The notes beneath the pieces are model-generated. The model worked only from the letters and a program-made list of their open reading frames with translations. It did no database searches and was not told where the DNA came from. Position numbers and translations under genes: made by a program. From the NCBI RefSeq assembly GCF_004010195.1, contig NC_057755.1, forward strand, positions 8,807,685 through 8,871,684: DNA of 64,000 nucleotides. Direction: 5' to 3'. Below are positions 37,676-49,200 of this stretch, one piece after another (the first letter of the stretch is position 1; each line of letters begins with the position of its first letter). This DNA is from Chiloscyllium plagiosum. Taxonomy: Eukaryota.

Positions 37676-39821
37676 ATGCGAACATTTGTCACAAAACTAT
37701 TGCAATTATCACAAATAAATGAACTTAGATTGCACTCCGTGGAAAGCGTGATCTCCTAACATACGTAATAAAAGTAAAAGTCTCATGTACTCATTAGTTT
37801 CATGTACTCATTAGTAGATATTTAACACTTTCCACAACATGTCATGAGCGGTTTTGGGCCCCATGTCTAAGGAAGGATGCTTTGGACTTGAAGGGGATTC
37901 AACGGAGGTTCATAAGAATGATTTTGGGGATGAAGGATTTGTCTAATGAGGAGCAGTTGAGGACTCAGTGTCTGCACGCAATTGGGGTTTAGAAATACGA
38001 AGGGGAATCTGATTGAAACTTATGGAATACTGAAGCTCTGGATAGAGTAGACATGGAGAAGATGTTAATACTAAAAGGACACATCAGGACTTGAGGACAC
38101 AAAGTCGGGTAAAGGGATGTCCCATTAGAACTGTGACAAGGAGGAATTTCTTTAGCCAGAGGATGGTGAATCTGTGGAATTCATTGCCACAGAAAGGTCC
38201 TGGAGACCAAGCCACTGAGTGTATTGAAGAAAAATAGTTTTTGATGAATTAGGGGATGATGGGTTACCGGGAGAAAGCAGGAAAATGGGATTAAGAAACA
38301 TGTCGGCCTAGATTGAATGGTGGAGCAGGTTTGTTTGGTCGAATGGCCTAATTATGCTCCTTTGTCTTATCTTCTTATGATCTTATGGGTAAGGAGTAAA
38401 TAACCTTTCATCCACACAACTATCAGGCAATTACCATTTTCAACAAAAGAGATTCTAAACAACGTCCTTTGGTATGGAAAAATATTGTCATCAATTATTC
38501 CACCACTATTCATATCCTGGGGATTACCAATGTACCAAACCAGCTCTGCTTTAGTCATTTAAGTATTGTTACTAAAAGAGCAGCTCAAAGGATCGAAATC
38601 TTGCTGCGAAAATCTCATCTCCTGAATCTCCAAAACTTGACCCACTATCTACAAAGCACAAGTTTGGATTATGGTGGAATACCGTGCACTTGTCTGGATG
38701 GATTCAGCTCCATCAAAACAGTCCAGAAGCTCAACACTATTCCTGGACAATGGGAGTTCTGGAAAAGATTCACAACAGACTTGAAAAACTTAACTTTTGC
38801 TTCTCTCTCCACTGAAACTGCCAGATCTGCTGGGTTTATCTAACGTTGTCTTTGTTTATTGCAAATATCCAGCATACACAGTAGTTTGCATTTATTCCAG
38901 GATATATCAACCCACTTGATTGACATCCAAACCACAAAACTTCAGTCTGTCTCCCTGCCACTGCAGCTCAGTGACAGCAGGGTGTACCTGACACATTGCA
39001 GCAAGGTGCACAAGACACATTGCAACAGTTCATCAAGGTCCCTCAGACAGCTCCCTCTCAACCTGACAGCCACTACTATCTAGAAGAAGCAGATGGATGG
39101 TAATGACACCATTTGCAAGTTCAGTTCAAGACTCTCAACTTTCTTGCTTAAAACACATCACCTTTCCTTCAGTGTTTCTGGATCAGTTAAAAGACATTTG
39201 GACAGCTCCATGGATAAGAAAGGCTTTGTATGATATGGATCAAATACTACGAAATGGGACTAGTTCAGTTGAGGAAAACTGGTCAGCATGGATGTGTTGG
39301 ACCGAAGGGTCTGTTTATATGCTCCATTTCTTTATGTGGGTGCTCTTACATCAAATGGTCTGCAGTGGTTTGCGAAGACAGCTCAGCACCACGTTTTGAA
39401 GTGTAACTCGGGATGGGGAATAAATGCTGACTCAACCTGCTCTGTGTTGAAACTAAATTCTCTGCAAATAAATTATAAATAAACCTGCTTCAGCAGCCGA
39501 AATAAACAACAACTAATGTGAACTGGTAAAATCACTAGGAAAGCATAGATCGGAAATAATCGAATCTGGGTAGTATGTCAAATATCAATAAGGAATGAAA
39601 GAGTCAGGCTAAATAGCTTTTCTACAAACGCAAACACCAAAAGAACTATGGATGCTGTAAATCAGAATCAAAAACAGAAGTTGCCTGAAACGTTCCGAGG
39701 AAGAGTAATCGGACCCACAATGTTAATTCTGATTTCGCTTCCCAGATGCTGCCAGACCTGGTTAACGTTTCCATTAATTTCTGTTTTTGTTTAGTTAAAC
39801 ATAATTGGATTTAAGACTTAC

Positions 39822-39891
39822 CAATAATGCCAACAGCTGCAAGTATTGGGTAGTAAATGCGTGCTATCTGTAAGATTGTAGAGTATTCCAT
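39822..39891 (-). CDS. GPR139-like GPCR copy B, coding exon 1 (MEYSTILQIARIYYPILAAVGII + G)
   Basis: ATG at 39891, 23 codons + 1 nt, donor GTAAGT at 39821-39816. Phase 1 joins exon 2 as ...GII-V-NLVGII, completing TM1. A homologous exon lies at 11830-11899. Confidence 0.85.
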
Positions 39892-39939
39892 TCTCTCCCA
39901 GTCAGGTCTCTCTGTTTCATGGAGTCAATGATTTTGTCT

Positions 39940-40030
39940 GCCTCATTTTATTTACAAGTTAAATGTGCAGTGAGACAATAAATCTGGTTGAATCACTAAT
40001 TACATCATTTGCAGTAATCTGAATAAGCTG
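39940..40030 (-). promoter_or_regulatory. Putative proximal promoter/5'UTR region of GPCR copy B
   Basis: TATA-like TAAATAAAA about 55-65 nt upstream of the ATG. The block is conserved with copy A (~11978-12066). Conservation could simply reflect the duplication. Confidence 0.3.
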
Positions 40031-41559
40031 CGAATTAAGCACTTTCCTCTGAGGTTTATGAAGCAATAGAATCTACTTTGAGAAATAAAATGCCACTAAT
40101 TTCTTGAGGATTGGAATTATATTTTATTATCATATATATTGAAGAACGGAAGTACATGAATAGAGTGAAAAGTGTAAAATGTTGCTATTCATGCAAAGCT
40201 ACCTTGGTACAAAATCATAGGTGCATGTAGAAACCTAATGTTAAAAGTTTAAAATTACTGGCTTCTTAGCATTACGTTAAAAATAATGAAATAAAGGAAT
40301 AAATTAAAAGGCTAGGTTTGAACTACTTTTGAAAGGCGGGACAATGAACTCCAGTTTGAAAAATGACATTCTGTAAGAGACTGAGATGCAACTTTTCGTT
40401 CATTATTGCCTTTTAAATTAATAAAATACTGGAGGGGTTTTTCAGTGAGCGGGAATATCACACAGATTGCTACTCGGGCGCTTTTTTTTTCTGATGCAAG
40501 AACTGGGTTCTGTATTTCTGAAAGTTGATTCCATTCAGGGTTGCCCTGAGGACTGTGGAACAGTACTTCCATTCTGACGGATCTTTCCTGGCAAGAACTG
40601 TCTTATAATGCATAATGTAAGTGTGAATTGACAGTGCTGTAAGAATAAGGTGCCAGGAGGGTAATGATGTAGGGCACCAACTTTATAGGGTACAAGTTGG
40701 TTAGGTACCAAGGTGCCAGGTACGTAGGGTGCCAACTGGTGAGAGGTTTGAATGCTGGCTGATGCTATGAGTCAGTTGTTACTGCTGTTGTTGGTTCCTG
40801 CTTCTTTTTTGAGGGAATCCTGATTACTGAACTGGCTGAGTTATTCCGCCAGTTTGTTAACTGTTATTCCTTTTTTTAGTGAGGACTAATGTCTAAACTG
40901 CTTGGTCCACACAGTCAAAGTGTTTCAGGTGTAACTCAGTTCTCATCAGGGATCTGTTGTTTCACTGGCTGGTTACAGCCTGTGTGTTACTCTTTTCTCT
41001 TTGATTTTGAGAAACGGACTATACTGATTTTATAGCAGGGCTCAGCGCTTAGACTCTAGTTTTCTTCGGTTTTTGTATGTGTCTTCACTCTTTTGATGTT
41101 TGAACTGAGCTCTTGTGAGAAATAGCATCTTACCAGATGAGCTCTTCCTGTGGGAACGCCTAGCCCTGGGAGTGGGCCTCTGCAAAGACCGAACACCTGT
41201 ATGATGGGAGGTGAGCACAGACCGCTGTCGCCCTGAGATGTGGGATTGGGGAAGCAGAACGGGCTGTCCTAGAGGTGGTCGGAAGGTGTGTCAGGGCGGA
41301 CCAAAAACTGGAAGGAGTATGGGGTGGACCGAGAACCGGAATGTTCTTGGGGGCGGCCTGCCTTAGAGTGGACGGAACATGGGGGACTGTGGGGCTTGCT
41401 GGGTTTCTGGCGGTCTGTACTTTTTAAATGTAATTTAATGTCTTGTATGAACAAATGTCGTTGCTCCTCTTTTGTTATGTTTGAAACTAGGATTTGAGGT
41501 TTGTCCTCATTTCCCTGAAATCTAATTGAATGGTAGGGTTCGGGGCATGACTGTGTTGC

Positions 41560-41850
41560 TTCTCGCAGATACCTTCTCCTACTGCCCCCTTGACCATGAC
41601 CCCACCCCCCACCACCAAACCATCATCTCCCAGACCGTCCATAACCTCATCACCTCGGGGGATCTCCCATCCACCGCCTCCAACCTCATAGTCCCACAAC
41701 CCCGCACCTCCCGCTTCTACCTCCTGCCCAAAATCCACAAACCTGACTGCCCCGGCCCCATTGTCTCATCCGCCTGCTCCTGCCCCACCGAACTCATCTC
41801 CGCATACCTTGACACCGTCCTGCCCCCCTTAGTCCAAGAACCTCCAGCTA
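41560..41850 (+). mobile_element. Penelope-like RT fragment
   Basis: HQTIISQTVHNLITSGDLP..PRTSRFYLLPKIHKPDCPGPIVS.CSCPTELISAYLD. Confidence 0.8.
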
Positions 41851-43090
41851 TCTGCTCTGACAGAGAATGATGAAACAGCTTCCACAGCCAACTTCAAAAC
41901 CCCAACAATTAAAAACTAAGTTAAAATCATGGTTCTATGGGAGCCTGATGCCACTTGTTTCAAGTTTTTTAAAAAAACCCAGGGCCTCACCAGCTGTTTA
42001 CTTTGTTGGTTTTGAAGAGACAACTCGATACTCCTGGCTCAAAACCTCTCTGAATCAAAAAGACAAAATGCACCCCTCAAAGCCATAGCAGCTTCACTTC
42101 TCCCTGAAAAGGATGAATCACAATAAACAAAGATGGCATAACTTAAAAAGATCTTTAGTCGTACACAATTAGTACACTACAATACATATACATTGACTAA
42201 TGCAAATATTCAATATTACAGTCCATTTCTTCCACCACTGAACACCTTTGTTTTCCTTCATGAGAATGTATCGGTAATTCTCCTGCCATGTGTTTAATTT
42301 TCAAATGAAATGACTGGAACAATGAACTTCATCTGAATTATCTAGGTATTTTAACCTTTAAAATTTTCCAAAAATGTTAAGGCGTTTTGATCAATAGAAG
42401 TACAATTGTCCCAGACACATTTATTGACAACATAAATATTGAAATGTTGTGACATCAACATCAAACTCAAGAGCTTCCCAATTGTGGAATATTTCTGTTG
42501 ATGAATATTCAACTTTCTGGAAAAATCTCCAAAAGGTCTTTCGACTTTCTCATTGTCTTCTTGCAAGAGTACTGCACCAGTATCCAAATCCCTCATATCG
42601 ATAGCCACCTTGAATGGCTTTGCCATTTGTAATTAGATGTGGCTAACACTGAGGCTGTCGTTAACACAGCTCTCAGGCTGTCAAATACCTTCTGATGTTC
42701 TACCATCCTCTGAAATTTTCTGCACTTCTTCAACAACTCTGTCAATGGAGTAACGTCACTGCTAAACTTTGGTATGAATTTTTGATTAAAAACCATTCAG
42801 TCCCAGGGATTGTAGCACTTCCCTTTTCATCAATGATATGGGAAACTCCCCAATACTCTCTGTTTTCACATCCCAAGGGGACATTTATCCATGTCCAATG
42901 ATATGGCTTAGGAACGTGACTTGGACTTTTGCAAACTCCCTCTTAACCAGGTTTATCACCAAGCCCGCCTTCTGTATTTGATCAAACAATTTTGATAGAT
43001 GCTCCAAATGTTTCTTCTATGTGTGATTAAAAATCGCCAGACCATCCATGTACACCACACATTTGGGTAATCCCAAAATGACCTTTTTTT
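41850..43090 (-). mobile_element. Gypsy RT/RNase H fragment
   Basis: KFIPKFSSDVTPLTELLKK..LTTASVLA and KPFKVAID..GAVLLQED..FSRKLNIHQQKYSTI. Confidence 0.8.
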
Positions 43091-43245
43091 CTTAGCCTGC
43101 TGGACAAACTTTCCTCATTCCTGAAGAAGGGCTAATGCCCGAAACGTCGATTCTCCTGTTCCCTAGATGCTGCCTGACCTGCTGCGCTTCTCCAGCAACA
43201 CATTTCCATCTCTGATCTCCAGCATCTGCAGACCTCATTTTCTCT
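43090..43245 (+). mobile_element. Penelope terminal repeat
   Basis: cctgaagaagggctaatgcccgaaacgtcgattctcctg..gatgctgcctgacctgctg. Confidence 0.8.
43118..43152 (+). ncRNA. Minimal type I hammerhead-ribozyme-like motif (intact core)
   Basis: CUGAAGA (43121-43127), A, stem II GGGC-UAAU-GCCC, GAAA (43141-43144), CGUC cleavage site with palindromic ACGU stem III. Confidence 0.6.
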
Positions 43246-46200
43246 TCTGTGTTGCTTCTCTCCCTTGTACAATTGCTGCTTCTCTGTATACAACTAATGT
43301 TAATTGTTTTGTAAATTGTGAATGTTTAATAAAATTTTTAGAAAAGGATGAACAGAAAAAAAATGGACAGGAGATTTAGAATCTTCCCAGTTTATGGCAC
43401 TGACTCTGTACTGGCTGATGCTACAGTCAGTATATTATTCTTGCTGTTTTTTATGATTTTTTTTGGGGGGAAACCTGTTTCCTTTACTGGCTGAATTATT
43501 TAGCCAGTTTGTTCTAAACTGCCTGATCCACAGTCAAAGTGTTTCAGGCGTAACTCAGTTCTCATTAGGGAGCTGTTGTTTCACTGGCTGGTTACAGTCT
43601 GTGTGTTACTTCTTTCTCTGTCACTTTGAGAAAAGGACTATGCTGATCTTATGGCAGAGCTTAGCCCGTTGACTCTAGTTTTCTTTGGTTTTTGTATATG
43701 TCTTCACTATTATCGTGTTTGAACTGAGCCCTTGTGAGAAAATACATCTCACCAGATGAGCTGTTTCTTTTTGAAGCCCTGGGACTGGGCCTCTATACAG
43801 ACTGAAAACCTGTGTGTGCGTTCTGGGAGATGAGCACTTGCTGTATCCTGGAGTATGGGAGAAGACCCTGCCTTTAGGAGTGGACCACATCCGTGTGTGT
43901 TAACTGCTCCTTTTAAATGTACTGAGTTCCTGTGTGAGGGCCTGATTGTCCAAGGATGGGCCAGGAATCTTTGGAGACTAAACGCCTGTGTGCTGTGGGG
44001 TGTGCCTTCAGGAGTGCACTCTGCCCTCGGTTGTGTACTCTGTTTTTAGCAATGGACTCTGCAGTTAAGAATGGATGACATTTTTGACAATGCACTTTGT
44101 ACACTGGAGTGAACTCTGTTCCTGGGAACGGGCTCTATATTTTGAAGAGAACAGTTTATAATGGACTCTGCGTATTAGAAAAAACTCTGTTTGTTGGTAA
44201 TTGACTGTCTCCTTGTTTGTTGGCGTTATCACCCACACTATCTTGTGTCCCTGGGTCTGGCAGGCGTTATTGTGAGCTGAGATGCTCATTGCATGCCCTG
44301 AGAGCCGGAGGATAGGTAGGCCATCCTATGAACCTGAAGGTTACTAGACTGTCCTGAAAGCTGTAGGGTGGGTAGGCTACCCGATGTCGGTGGACCTGAG
44401 AACCAGAAGGTGGGTAGACTGTTCTGAGTGCTGTTGTCCCAAGAAGGGGTAATCAGGATGGGCTATCCTAGAGGAGGCCTGAAGGTGGGTCAGAGTGGCC
44501 GAGAGCCACAAGGCGCGTAGGGGCATGCCGAGATCCAGAAGGCTTGTGGGCTGCTGTGCGCTTGTTATCCCAAGGAAGGTGACGGGCTGTCTGAGAGGTG
44601 GTCAGAAGTTGTGTCAGGGCAGTCCACAGGCTGGATGGCGTATTGGGGCGGGTGAAAGCCTGATGGTACTTAGGGGCAGACCGAGAGCCAGAAGTCGGGT
44701 AGGCCGTCCTCAGCACTGTCACCCTGGGTGGGTACTGGGGCGGGCTGTCCCAGAGGTGGCCGGAAGGTGCATAGGGCGGTTTAGGGTAGCTGGAAGGTGG
44801 GTAAGCAGTCCTGACTGCTGTTGTCCAGGCGGGTTTTGGAGAAGCAGGATGGGCTGATCTGGAGGTGGTCAGAAGGTGTGTCAGGGCAGAGCGAGGACTG
44901 GAAGGGGCATGGGATGGACAGAGAGCTGGAAGGTGCACCGGGGCTGGCTGCCTTAGAGTGCCCCAAGTTAGGAGGGGCGGGTGGGGATAATTGCTGGGTT
45001 CCTGAGGGTCTATCTTTTATGTACCATTTTATGTAATTGGACTGTCTTATATACATGTTATTGCTACTGTTTTGTGATGGAAATTGGGATTTGAGGTTTT
45101 TCCTCATTCCCCTCAAAACTGGTTGAACGGTAGCATTTGGGGCTTGGTTTTGCTGCTCGTCTCCCTTGTAAAATTGCTGTTTTCTTTCTATACAGCTGTT
45201 AATGTTAACTTTTTTTTGTAAACTGTGTATTGTTTAATGAAATGAAATGAATAGGAGATTTAGAATCTCCACAGTTTACGGCACTGACTCTGCTGGTTGA
45301 TGCTACTGGTAGCGTGTTCCTGCAGCTATATGTTTCTGCTTATTTTTTAGGGGAAACCTGATTCCTGTACTGTCTGAATTATTTCGCCAGTTTGTTAATT
45401 GCTATTCCGTTTTTAGTGAGGACTGATTCCTAAACTGCCTGGTGCACACAAAGTGCTTCAGGTGTAATTCAGTTCCCATTAGGGGATTGTTGTTTCACCT
45501 GCTGGTTATAGCATGTCTGTTACTCTTTTCTCTTTTACTTTGAGAAAAGGACAATGTTCACTTATTGTGGCAGTGTTTAGCCCGTTGACTCTAGTTTCCT
45601 TTTTTTATATGTATCTTCACTGTTTGTTGGTGTTTGGACTGAGCCCTTGTGAGAAAATATATCTTACCAGATAAGCTGTTCCTGTGGGAAGGCCTAGCCC
45701 TGGGACTGGGCCTCTGTAAAGACTGAACACCAGTGTATGTGTGCTGGAAGGTGAGCACTTGCTCTATCCTGGTGTTTTGAAAAAGACCCTGCCTTTGGGA
45801 GTGGACCAAACCCCAGTGAGTTAACTGCACCTTTACAATGTACTGTGTTCCTGTGAGTGGACCTGGTTCTCCAAAGATGAGCCAGGATTATTTCAAGAGC
45901 TAACAGTTGTGTGCTGTGGGGTGTGCATTTGCTGCCTTCAGGAGTGAACTCGGTTATGGACTCTGTTTTTAGTAGTGGATTCTGCAGTTTGGACTGGACT
46001 CCATTTCTGACAATGTATTTTGTATACTGGAATGGACTCTGTTCCTGGGAATGGACTCCATATTTTGAAGACAAATGTTAATGTAATGGACTCTGTGTAC
46101 CAGAAAGGACTCTATTTGTTGGTAATTGACTGTTTAGTTTGTTGTTTGGTTTTCACCTGCGCTGTCTTGTATCCCTGGGTCTCACAGGCCTTAATGTGAC

Positions 46201-49200
46201 CTTGGAGGCTCATAGGTCGAGCTGAAATCTGTCACTCTGAGAGCCATCCTGTGAACCTGAAGGTTGGTCGGCTGTCCTGAAAGCTGGAGGGTGGGTCGGC
46301 CACCCCGATGCCGGTGCCCCCGAGAACCAGAACGTGGGTAGGCTGTTCTGCGTGCTGTCGTCCCGAGGAGGGGTAATCGGGACGGTCTGTCCTCGTGGTA
46401 GTCGAAAGGTGTGTCAAAGTGGCCGAGAGCCAGAAGGTGCAAAGGGGCAGGCCGAGATCCAGAAAGCTTGTCGGCTGCCCTGCACACTGTCGTCCCAGGG
46501 AAGGGGACGGGCTGTCCAAGACTTGGCCGGAAGTTGTGTCAGGGCATTCCACAGGCCGGATAGTGCCTCAGGATGGGTGAGAGCCTGATAGTACGTAGGG
46601 GCAGACCGAGAGCCAGACGTCAGGTGGCCGTCCTCAGCGTTGTCACCCCAGATGGGTACCAGAGGTGACCGGAAGGTGCGCAGGGCGGTGAGGGAAGCTG
46701 GAAGGTGGGTAGACCGTCCTGAACGCTGTCGTCCTTGGGTGGAGGATAGGGGAAGCAGGACGGGTCGGTAGCTGTGTCAAGGATTTGAGGTTTTCATTTC
46801 CCTGAAAACTGGTTGTACGGTAGGTTTGGGGCTTCGTTTTCTGCTCCAGTCCCTTGTAAAATTGTTGTTTTCTTTGTATACAGCTGTGAATGTTAACTGC
46901 TTTTTGAAAACTGTGTATTGTTTAATAAAATGAACAGGAGATTTAGCATCTCTCCAGTTTAGGGCACTGACTCTGTGCTGGCTGGTCACAGTTAGTGCGT
47001 TACTGCTGCTTTTGGTTTCTACATCTGTTTTGCATGGGAGGGGGTTTGGTGGGGGGTGGGGAGTGGGGTGGGGGGAGTCCTGATTCCTGAACGGGCTGAA
47101 TTATTTAGCCAGTTTGTCAACTGGTTTTCATTTTTTAAATTTATTATTGAGAACTGATTTCTAAACTGACTTATTTACACAGTCAATATATTTCAGGTGC
47201 AATTCAGTTCTCATTAGGGAATTGTTGGTCCACGGGCTGGTTACAGCCTGTGTGTTACTCTTTGTCCTTTTCTCAAAGTGAAAGAATAAAATGTTGGTGT
47301 TGAGCAAGGGCTTAGCCATTGCACTCCAGTTTTCTTTGTTTTTTGTATGTGTTTTCACGGTGTTGGTGTTTGGACTGAGCCCTTGTGAGAAAATATATCT
47401 TACCAAATGAGCTGTTCCTGTGGGAAGGCCTGGCTCTCGGACTGGGCCTCTGTGAAGACTGAACAGATGTGTGTGTGCTGGAAGGTGAGCATTTGCTGCA
47501 TCCTGGAGTTTGGGAGTAGACCCTGCCTTCGGGAGTGAACCAAACCCCTATGAGTTAACTGCATCTTTTCAGTGTTCCTGTGAGTGCGCCAGGTTCTCTA
47601 TGGAGGAGCCAGGGCTCTATGTAGACTGAACGTCTGTGTGCTGTGCGGTGTGCATTTGCTGCCTTCAGGAGTAGACTCTGCCCTCGGTTGTGGACTCTGC
47701 TTTTTTTAGCAACGGATCCTGCAGTTTTGAGTGGACTCCATTTCAAACTAGGCACTTTGTTTACTGGAGTGGACTCTGTTCCTGGGAATGGACTCAACAT
47801 TTTGAAGAAAACTGCATATTTTAATGAACTCTGTATTCGACGGGACCCTATTTGTTGATAATTGACTATCTTGTTGCTTGTTGGGTTTATCACCTGCACT
47901 GTCTTGTGTGTCCCTAGGTCTGGCAGGCCTTACTGTGAGCTGGGAGGCTCAGAAGCCGTCCTGAAAGCTGTCACCCCGAGAGCTGGATGATGGCAGGCCA
48001 TCCTGTGAACCTGAAGGTGGGTAGGCTGTTCCAAAACCTGGAGGGTGGGTAGGCCAGCCCGATGCCAGCCGCCCCAAGAGCCGGAAGGTAGGTAGGCTGT
48101 TCTGAGTGCTGTCATCCTGAGAAGTGGTAATCGGGACAGGCTGTCCGAGAGGGCGGACCTGGAGCTGGACGGGACATGGAGTGGAGCGAGATCTGGAAGG
48201 GATGCAGCGGCAGGCTGCCTTAGAGCGACCAGAAGGTGCGAAGGAAGGTTGGTTTGCTCGGAGTCTATATTGGGTACACTTACATTTTATGTAATAGGAC
48301 TGCGTTTTATGTACTTGTCATTGTTACTGTTTTGTGTGGACTGAAAGTGGGATTTGAGATTTTTCCTCATTTGCCTAAAAACTGGTTGAACGTTAGGGTT
48401 TGAGGCCTGACTTTGCCGCTCCTCTCCCTCGTAAAATTGCTGTTTCTTTGTATACAGCTCTTTGATGTCAATCGTTTTCTAAACTGTATTGTTTAATAAT
48501 GAAATTAACAGGATATTTAGAATCTCCTCAGTTTAGGGCACTGACTCTGAGCTCGCTGGACTACAGTCAGTGTGTCACTGCTGTGGTCCGTTTATGCTTT
48601 TTTTGCGGCAGAAACCGGATTCCTGAATTGGCCGAGCTACGTAGCCAGTTTGTTAACTGGTATTCCTTTTTTCGTGAGGACTGATTTCTAAACTGCCTGA
48701 TCCACATAGTCAATGTGTTTCAGGTGTAATTCACTCCTCATTAGATGACTGTCATTTCACTGGTTGGTTACAGCCTGTGTGTTACTCTTTTCTTTTTCAC
48801 TTTGAGAATAGAACAAGGTTGGATTTTTGTGGCAGGGCTTAGCTCTTGCCCTCTAGTTTTCTTTTTTTTTGTATGTGTCTTCACTGTTTTTTGGTAATTG
48901 GACTGAACACTTTTGAGAGAATACAACTTTCTAGATGAGCTGTTCCTGTGGATAGGCCTGACCTTAAGACCAGGCCTCTGCAAAGACTGAACACCTGTGT
49001 GTGTGCTGCGAGGAGGCCACTTGCTGTATCGTGGAATTCGACCCTGCCTTCAGGAGTAAACCAAACCCCTGTGAATTAACTGCACCTTTACAATGTACTG
49101 TGTTCCTGTGAGTGAGACTGGTTCTCTATGGATCATTCAGGACTCAACGGAGACTGAACACTTGCGTGCTGTGGGTTGTAGGTTTGCTGCTTTGAGGAGT

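Noticed and set aside
45660..45720. Recurring minus-strand donor-like CTG|GTAAGA in satellite units as repeated exons
   Set aside because: It is not conserved in all units and has no convincing acceptor or frame; unsupported without RNA data.
45935..46115. TGGACTC repeats as a CRISPR-like array
   Set aside because: Repeats are only 7-10 bp and degenerate, spacers recur in every unit, the context is vertebrate and there are no cas genes.
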